DNA of 64,000 nt, taken from the NCBI GenBank assembly GCA_977862235.1, contig OZ374562.1:1-64000 (forward strand), read 5' to 3'. The stretch is from Dudresnaya verticillata (taxonomy: Eukaryota). Position 1 is the stretch's first letter. Each line of letters starts with the position of its first letter. The translations under genes and the position numbers were made by a program. The notes beneath the pieces were generated by a model. It saw only the letters and a list, made by a program, of their open reading frames with translations. It did no database searches and was not told the DNA's origin. This document shows, one piece after another, positions 56,711 to 64,000 of the stretch.

Positions 56711-59700
56711 AATAGCGAGATTGAAGAGAAGGCGGCAGCGGGAGGCGGTAGTTCGAGACGGCGGAAAAGGTGGCGGGGACGCGGGAGGGAAACCGATGCA
56801 GTGTGGAAGAGGCCACGACATTCGAATTTGGTGAGCAGAACTGGTCGAGAACAGGTCGTATGAGCGGTTTCCGCGCCAATTCTCTGTAATGCTGTCGCTA
56901 CCCTAAAAAGACGCGGTCCGTAGTCTGCACGCTCCCAGCGCTGCGTGGCGGGCCATGCCACGTTTGGCAGCAGCGTCCTTACCGAACCTTCCCGACAAAG
57001 AATATCCGCTCAGTAGTTCGTCTGCCCGCACCTTGCTACTCCGCAGCACGATATCGCGCAAGACCTCACCCGCTTTTTCAAGCTTTCGCACTTTCTCCGC
57101 TGCGCGCCGCATTCTCGCACAAACTTAAGTTTCTATAGAAGAACAAGTCACCATCCGTGAACCGTGCTATCTGCGCCTTCTACACCGTTCGCATCGACTT
57201 CTCCGTCCAACTGCCCTTCACCGTTTTCTCCGCAAGCATCCCAACGATCGAGTCGCCCTTTTCCACCGCTGCGTACTCATATACCGCCGCCAACCTGTCG
57301 CACATCTCTGTAGACCTCCGCTCCTTCCGCAATCCAAGCCGCCTACGTTCGTCGGTATAGTTCGAGAGAGCATGGCTCCATCCGCGCTGCAAGTCCCGAG
57401 CAGAAAGTTTCCCGCCGACGAGCCTGCCCACCCCTGGTAAATGCTGATCGCGCCACGCATCGTTTATCTCCAGGTCTGAAGCGAGTGCGTTTAGTACTAA
57501 ATGCGCAACGGAGCAATGTATCCAGGCCGTCTCGTTGGAGCGATCATGGTTCGCAGTACCCAGTGCTGCGTAGCGGGACGGCTTTCACCGCCCTGTTGCC
57601 GGCACCGGAGCGCAAGGCGACCTCCCCCATCATCGTGTTCTGCAGCAGCTCCACCGTGTTGTACAACGTTGAGACCGCCGGGATTGTCATTTTCTTGGAT
57701 CCCTTACACTTTGGCAGAAGCGCACCAGTCGTCTCAGGTAGCTGTTCTTCAATCACAATCTTCTGTATCTGCGCGATGTTGATCTTTCGGGCCATCTTGA
57801 ACAACGCCCAACCGCTCTCTCGCAACGCTAAAGCTTTAGCTTCGCGGGAGAGGAGCAATAGGGCGATTATTTTCACTCTGCGAGCGATACGGATGGAGCA
57901 GGAGGTTTCCTTTTTGCCTTTTCGGAGCTCTTTCGTACGTCTCCTCCGGGCTGCAAAGCGTCGAGTCCACCGTCTGAGGGACAGTGTGCAAATGAAACCG
58001 AGTGTCGAAGGAACTGTACCACCGCTGCCTTGGAGGTACGATTATGCTGAGCTTCTCAGTTAGAGAGTTGAGGACTATTTGAACTGTTGAGCGTATGCCT
58101 TTTTCCGAGAGACAGGGTCGTCCAGTTACCTCCTGCTGTAGGTACCGGAAATCAGTTACAGACCTTACGTACCCTCTTTTCTGTTTCTAGAGCACCTTGT
58201 TGTCTGTGTTTTAGCGTGCTGGCCAACGGCGGTCGTTTCCGGTGGCGGCACTCTCTATCGTGTTGTCATTTTCAGATACCACCTTGTGCATCACAGCGAG
58301 TCTACGAACGGCAATCATTATCTTTAATGATGCAATTCGTGGGTGAATGTGTAGACCATCTTTAATTCCTGCATCGCGCTGAGGCATGTAGCCTTGTCTC
58401 AGCCGTCGTACTATATCAAGAGCACCTCTCAAACCCCGACAATAGCAGCAGCCTTGAACAATGACGGACGTCAGAAAGATATTACTGTGCGCCTCACTTG
58501 AAAGCATATTGTTGAGTTCATGCCGAAGGTGCCGAACACTCACAAGCTTGGGCAACATTCGGATCAGACCTCATCGCAAGCGAAAACATAACCCTCATCC
58601 CCATCTGCGTAGACTTTTCTTCGGTGGTGCTTGGGTCCTACGCTCAGTACTTCTTTCATCATTTCGACAATTCCACGGGTTCTGGCCGCAGTAGTCACCC
58701 AGCTGGTGTCGCATTAATGATGTGCCAATGCCCTGAATGTCCAGTTTCTCTGCATCCCGCTCCACTACCAGGCCCTAGAAGTTAATGGCCAGCAGCTTCA
58801 CATAGCTAATGATAGCTCACCGGCGCGTCGAGAGCAGTGAAGCCCGTCAGTAAACCTCCCGGTTCTCTGAGCGTTCGTGTTTAAATACTTTAAAAGGCGT
58901 CATTAATAGCTCAAGAGATGCAGGCCCGGTGTTTCAGCCCTAATCTTTATCAGTTGTTGGAACGCATTGTCCATATTAGCCAGGATGCAATGCAATAGAA
59001 GGAGGGATGGGGGTATTGAATCCGTCTACTAACCTGGCATCTACGAGGGCAGGTTGTGTGTGTTTCAGCGTTCTCGATCTGTTCACAAATCGAGAACGTT
59101 GAAACAGTCTGTTCACAGATCGAGAACAGATCGAGAATGCTGAATAAAATACTCGGCGATAAGCCGAACATGCGAATTGTTGCCGCATCCCAAGCATTGG
59201 GCTCTGAAATAGTCACCTCTGAGAGCTTTCCGGGTCTTTTTCTTGAAAATCGTATTGCTGCCATTTGCTCTTTAGTGACAATACGGTTTTGCGCATTGAT
59301 GACGCACTGTTGTCAAAATCGCAGGCGTGGTTCATGCGCTCGACACACCCTCGGTACTGATTTCGAATTATGCCCCCCTCCACTTCGATATCTTTCAAAA
59401 CACTTGCAAAAGCTATCTTCCAGCACTATTCTATGCACACAGTAGGTCAATTCAGAACTAGTTCCTTCAAACAAACCCGCTCCATTGAATAAGCCCTCTT
59501 GACTGGATCTGTTCCAAACACCAAACATGAAATATATTTTCTTCAAATCACTTGAACGGAGTTTCCTCACAAATGCAGCAGATTGCTCCACATTAGATCT
59601 TACGAAGTGTGTTTCTCAACCCTCGGAGTTGGAAAAATCAATGGGTTGATCAACCCACTGAACTGAGCTGGACTAAAAAACACAGAAGCCTGATTCTCAG

Positions 59701-61006
59701 ATGTTTGAGATGCATATATCGAAAGATGCTCATGGGTATTGTACTTTATAATGAAGTGTTACATTATACTTACTGTGCTTCTGAAACTTGATGAACGTGC
59801 TCAGTGGAGGATTCTTTTCCACGGAATAGTTATGGTATGATAGTAGGATCATCATAATATGAAACCTCACGCAGAAGGGAAGAGCGGAACAGGAATCGAA
59901 AAGGTCAGCAAGTTTCACAGCATTGTTGTGGCACCCTGCTGTGGTACGCAAGTGGCTACGTTTTGAGTTGGAGGGATTTGGGGAAAATTAAAAGATGGAA
60001 GTGATATACGTAGATGAAGGAAATAAGGTGGCAGAAAAATTCTGTTGTTCCAGGGTGCCACCTCGGCGGGTGGTAAGTTACCTACAGCATATGGTCGTTG
60101 TTGTGCACAATCCCCTTGGCACTATCCTGCGGCAAGAGATTCCAATTGCTATCTATGCAAGTATTTGAAAGGCCAGTTTGTGGAATGAAAGATGGGGGTG
60201 AGAGGAGGAGGAGGAGTGCCTGCAACAAGATTTAAAGGAGGAGGCGGCGGCGACGCGATGGGTATTATGGAAGCAGCGCACAGGCGTTACACATCGAAAC
60301 AGGTCAGGCATCAAATTGGGGATGGCGGTCCATGCGACACAATCTTTGGTTGAGGTGAGTGTGGTGAATGACTAGGCACAAGATGGGTGTTTGTTCCAGC
60401 TCAGCTCTCTTGCTCTGTTTGATGGGCTTTGCGTTGAGTTCTGGGACAACGGGGAGGGAGAGAAGGCGCCATTGGCGGTACAAGTACGATAGGCAGCCGC
60501 GGGCGGCCAATGCGTGTGTGGAGGGCGTGTGCACAGACACCTGTCAACCGCCGTGAGCGGAAGAACAGGCTGACGACTGCAAGTGACAAAGCAGCTCCGC
60601 AGCCAATCGCCGCACCGGTGGTCGCCGCGCATTGGCCATCTCGAGACCGACATCTTGTCATGGTGACAGGCAACGTGGCAGTCACGTGCCGGAGACGCGC
60701 CGCAGCCACCTCAAACCGCCCCAAACCGCCCCAAACCACAATGTCCACTACATGTCACGCCACTCTCATGCCACGAGTGCCTCCAAAGATCTCCCGCAGC
60801 CTCGCTGGCACTGCCTACAACTGCACCTGCAGCAACTAAACACCGCGACTGTCATCTTGCCACCGTCTTCTACTCGATCATGCCCCCCATTCTTCATCTA
60901 CGCATAAAGCCAACCCTCTCCCCCCGCCCCACCTTGCCAACACCCCACCATCCGTCCCCTAATCCTTCAGCCCCTGCTACGGACACCCGCCAGCCCCCCG
61001 CCAGAA

Positions 61007-62779
61007 ATGACGGCCCGCACCTCTCTCACCACCCTCTCTGTCCTCCTGCTCTGCCTGCTGCGTCTCTCGTACGCCCAGCAGCAGCAGCCAACCGGCAGGG
61101 ATCGTGGCGAAATCAAGCCCCTCCAGCCAGAGTCCCCGCTCTTCAAGCGCCGCGAGAGCATCAACTGCAACGAAACCTTCCGCTCGTTCACCGGCACCTG
61201 CACCAACCCCGGCTCGCGCGCCCGCAAGCTATGGGGCTCCACAAACCGTCCCCAGTTCACCTACTTCTCGGGCCGCTCCACTGCAGACGCCACTGGCAAG
61301 GGCCTCAAGTCCCCGCGCGAGATATCCAACATCCTCTTCCAGTCCTGTAACGATGTCTTCGACCCTCGTGGACTCAACGAGATGGCCACTTTCTTCGGCC
61401 AGTTTGTCGACCACAACATCGTCGCCACCCCCTCCAACAAGAACGAGCCCTTCCCCATCAAAGTCCCACTCAACGACCCCGTCTTCGGCAACGTATCCCT
61501 GCCCTCGTGTGGCTTCGAGTGCCGGCAAGGTATCAAACCGCTTGAAAAGGGCCCCGATGGCTATGCCGGACAGCTCAAGTTCTTCCGCTCCCGCCGCGTC
61601 CGGGTCCGTACCAGGGATACTGAGGAGCGTCCACAGAACTCTCTCCCGTCCGCACTCGACCTCGTTGCAGTGTACGGGCCTAGCAAGGAGCGCAACACTG
61701 CGCTTCGAACTGGAGAGGATGGCCTATTGAAGGTTGATGAAGGCGGCTTTATGCCGCTCAACACAAAGGGTTTTAACAACGCCCCAGATGCCAAAAACAG
61801 TAGGTTCTTCCTCGCCGGTGATCATCGCGCTAATGAGCACCCCGTCCTTACAGCTCTTCACACTCTATTCGTCAGGGAGCACAACTCTATCGCCCGTGAA
61901 CTCAAGGCTGCCTTCCCGGACGTTAGTGAAAGGATTCTCTTTGAGACTGCTCGTAAGATCAACGGAGCCCAGTTTCAAAAGATTGTCTTTAAGGATTGGT
62001 ATCCGTCCGTCACTGGTGTACAACTCCCGAGATACAAGAAATTCAAGAAGAATATCGACGTGTCAGTGTCTGTCATTTTCAGCACCGCAGCATTCCGGGT
62101 AGGTCACACCATGGTCGGTAACCAGATCAACCGTCGCGGTCGCAAGAACAAGAAACTGCCACCAATCTCCTTTTGCGATATGTTCTTCAACCTGGCAAGT
62201 TTCTTCAAGAGGAAGGGCTTCCTTGAGTCGGTCGTCCGTGGTGCTCTTGTGAACCGTGCTCAGAAGGTCGATATCCAGGTGCGAGACGCACTACGAAACT
62301 TTCTTTTTGATGACGTCCCAGTTGAGGAAGGCTTCGACCTTGTTGCTATGAACCTTCAAAGGGGAAGGGATCATGCCCTGCCGTCGTATAATGCAGTCTG
62401 CACTCGGTTTGGTCTCCGCAAGAAGAGGAGGTTCTCCCAGATCACGAAGAACAAGAACATTCAGTCCAACTTGGCAACTGCCTACAGGCGGGTAGAGATG
62501 GTCGAGGCCTGGCCTGGCATGCTCGCAGAAGATTTGAGAAAGGGTTCTTCCCTCCCACCGTGTATCTTAGCTATTTGGCAATCGGAATTCAGGAGGCTTC
62601 GTGACGGCGATGTCTTTTATTATGAGAACGGGAAACAATTTTCGGACGATTTGATGGACAAGATTCCAAGGGTGAAGGACTTGTTCAATGACAACGTTGA
62701 CACTTTCAAGGAAATTATTCTTCGACACAGTGACGTTAGGGCGCGAGAGCTGCCGAAGAAGCTGTTCTTTTGGAAGTAG
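61007..62779 (+). CDS. Secreted animal-type heme peroxidase (peroxidase-cyclooxygenase superfamily)
   Basis: Signal peptide; RSFTGTCTN; FFGQFVDH (distal Gln/His); AGDHRANEHP (distal Arg); FVREHN; AAFRVGHTMV (proximal His); DLVAMNLQRGRDHALPSYN; FRRLRDGDVFYYEN. Confidence 0.95.
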   Translation: MTARTSLTTLSVLLLCLLRLSYAQQQQPTGRDRGEIKPLQPESPLFKRRESINCNETFRSFTGTCTNPGSRARKLWGSTNRPQFTYFSGRSTADATGKGLKSPREISNILFQSCNDVFDPRGLNEMATFFGQFVDHNIVATPSNKNEPFPIKVPLNDPVFGNVSLPSCGFECRQGIKPLEKGPDGYAGQLKFFRSRRVRVRTRDTEERPQNSLPSALDLVAVYGPSKERNTALRTGEDGLLKVDEGGFMPLNTKGFNNAPDAKNSRFFLAGDHRANEHPVLTALHTLFVREHNSIARELKAAFPDVSERILFETARKINGAQFQKIVFKDWYPSVTGVQLPRYKKFKKNIDVSVSVIFSTAAFRVGHTMVGNQINRRGRKNKKLPPISFCDMFFNLASFFKRKGFLESVVRGALVNRAQKVDIQVRDALRNFLFDDVPVEEGFDLVAMNLQRGRDHALPSYNAVCTRFGLRKKRRFSQITKNKNIQSNLATAYRRVEMVEAWPGMLAEDLRKGSSLPPCILAIWQSEFRRLRDGDVFYYENGKQFSDDLMDKIPRVKDLFNDNVDTFKEIILRHSDVRARELPKKLFFWK

Positions 62780-64000
62780 ACCCATACCAAGATCGCAAGT
62801 ATGTTTTTATCTAATGACAGGACATCGAGTGCACGAGGAAATTCACGCCCATGATTCTTAACGCCAGAGGGATTCATATACACATAAACTTCAAAACATC
62901 ACAGTCTATTGAATGGACATACCAAGCGGGTTTATGGGATTACAAAACCGCACGGCTCTGATCCGCGCCTTTCCTATTCCTGAAATGTTTGAACCACCAG
63001 CATTGGCTTACGAACTGCTTCCCATAGTTTTACCTTATTCGAACATAATCCATTATTCGAAGGTAGCATTCTGTCCTCTCTTTTTTGCAGCAGTTGCAAG
63101 GATGCTAATTGCGAAACTTCTCACCCACAAAACGCCAGCAGCAACTCGTTGGCTCATGCGAGGTGTACAGTTCGTGAATGTGATATCTTCTCACTCTTGT
63201 ATGTTCTTAACCCGTTGATTAATATTTTCTGTATAGGTCGAACCAAAATGCTCTTTTCGTCGAAAGAGGAACACGTTTTCCCAACCCCGGGTAGAGAAGG
63301 TATTATACCACCCCCAATTGGAACGAGCTTTGGCAACAGAGCCGTTTCTCGCCTGCTCCGCGGGGTCTTGGGTGCGTGCTTCCCTTCTTGATGTACTCGT
63401 GAGCACCCTAGAAGATGATATCGGCGTTCATCTGACGAGAAACTCATACCCAGTGCTAGTAAAATGCTTGATAGACATCTTGAAGGAGGGTCCTCTTCGC
63501 TTTCCTGCATTCCATTACTTCGAAAGCTCTCTCTCATAGCGCATGCACGAGGCGACTTGGAGCACTTCAAAAATAGAACAGCTCGTAGACTACAAGCGGT
63601 ACAGGGCGCGTTACCCTCATCCTTGTTTAGCTACAATCGATTGGGGAAGAGGGCTACTGCACAAACCGGATCAAAAGTGCATTCTCCCAGAAATGGTAAC
63701 TGTATTATTCATTCTCTGCTGCATAATAGTCTACACTTAGAAAACAATGAGGAAAGAAAGTCGGAGATTCCCTGGACTCGTTGCTCTCGGTAACGAATTA
63801 TCAAATTACCAGGAGCAGAGCTCTTCTAAGTATATGCATTGGCATCTTTCGAACGATGCCACTGCGATGGATGTATAGTTTTATTCCGCTATCAGCGACC
63901 TCTGCGTGGTACGCATCTGTCCGGGTGCTGTCGAAGACAGTTGCTATCCACTCTGCGACCCTTCACAGTCGAAGCTTTGACAAGTCTTGAAATTCACAGC

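Noticed and set aside
56900..58060. Upstream exons or partner gene of the NB-ARC protein
   Set aside because: The minus-strand ORFs are short and interrupted, with no recognisable domain or clear splice sites.
63154..63570. P-loop NTPase (SLPGVGKT)
   Set aside because: It lacks the first Gly and the preceding beta-strand, and there is no Walker B. Probably chance or an unidentifiable relic.

Overview
This is the left end of a eukaryotic chromosome, not prokaryotic DNA. It opens with a 1.6 kb telomere array of (CCCCTAAA)n, i.e. TTTAGGGG on the G-strand, which joins unique sequence directly. The rest is compact, nearly intron-free and gene-rich. The layout and gene families suggest a florideophyte red seaweed, though that is an inference. 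Recognisable genes: a carotenoid cleavage dioxygenase plus a decayed tandem copy, a secreted 5'-nucleotidase with one intron, glucose-6-phosphate 1-epimerase, a CsgA-like SDR, a variant bZIP factor, tRNA-Gly(GCC), a stand-alone NB-ARC protein and a secreted animal-type heme peroxidase. The most interesting items are four. (1) A two-TM protein (13532-15607) carrying the DEG/ENaC/ASIC motifs in order, including the TM2 GAS filter, but apparently lacking the Cys-rich thumb. (2) Five type II membrane sulfotransferase-like genes in 13.6 kb, four of them a paralogous Stf0/NodH-like family with an RHGSTW PAPS loop, plus a sixth sulfotransferase-like gene at 11.7 kb. (3) Four paralogous BTB proteins sharing a C-terminal domain with CxC...H..C. 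(4) A secreted Cys-rich protein with a possible Hint-like C-terminal domain. All family calls come from motifs read by eye; no database search was run.
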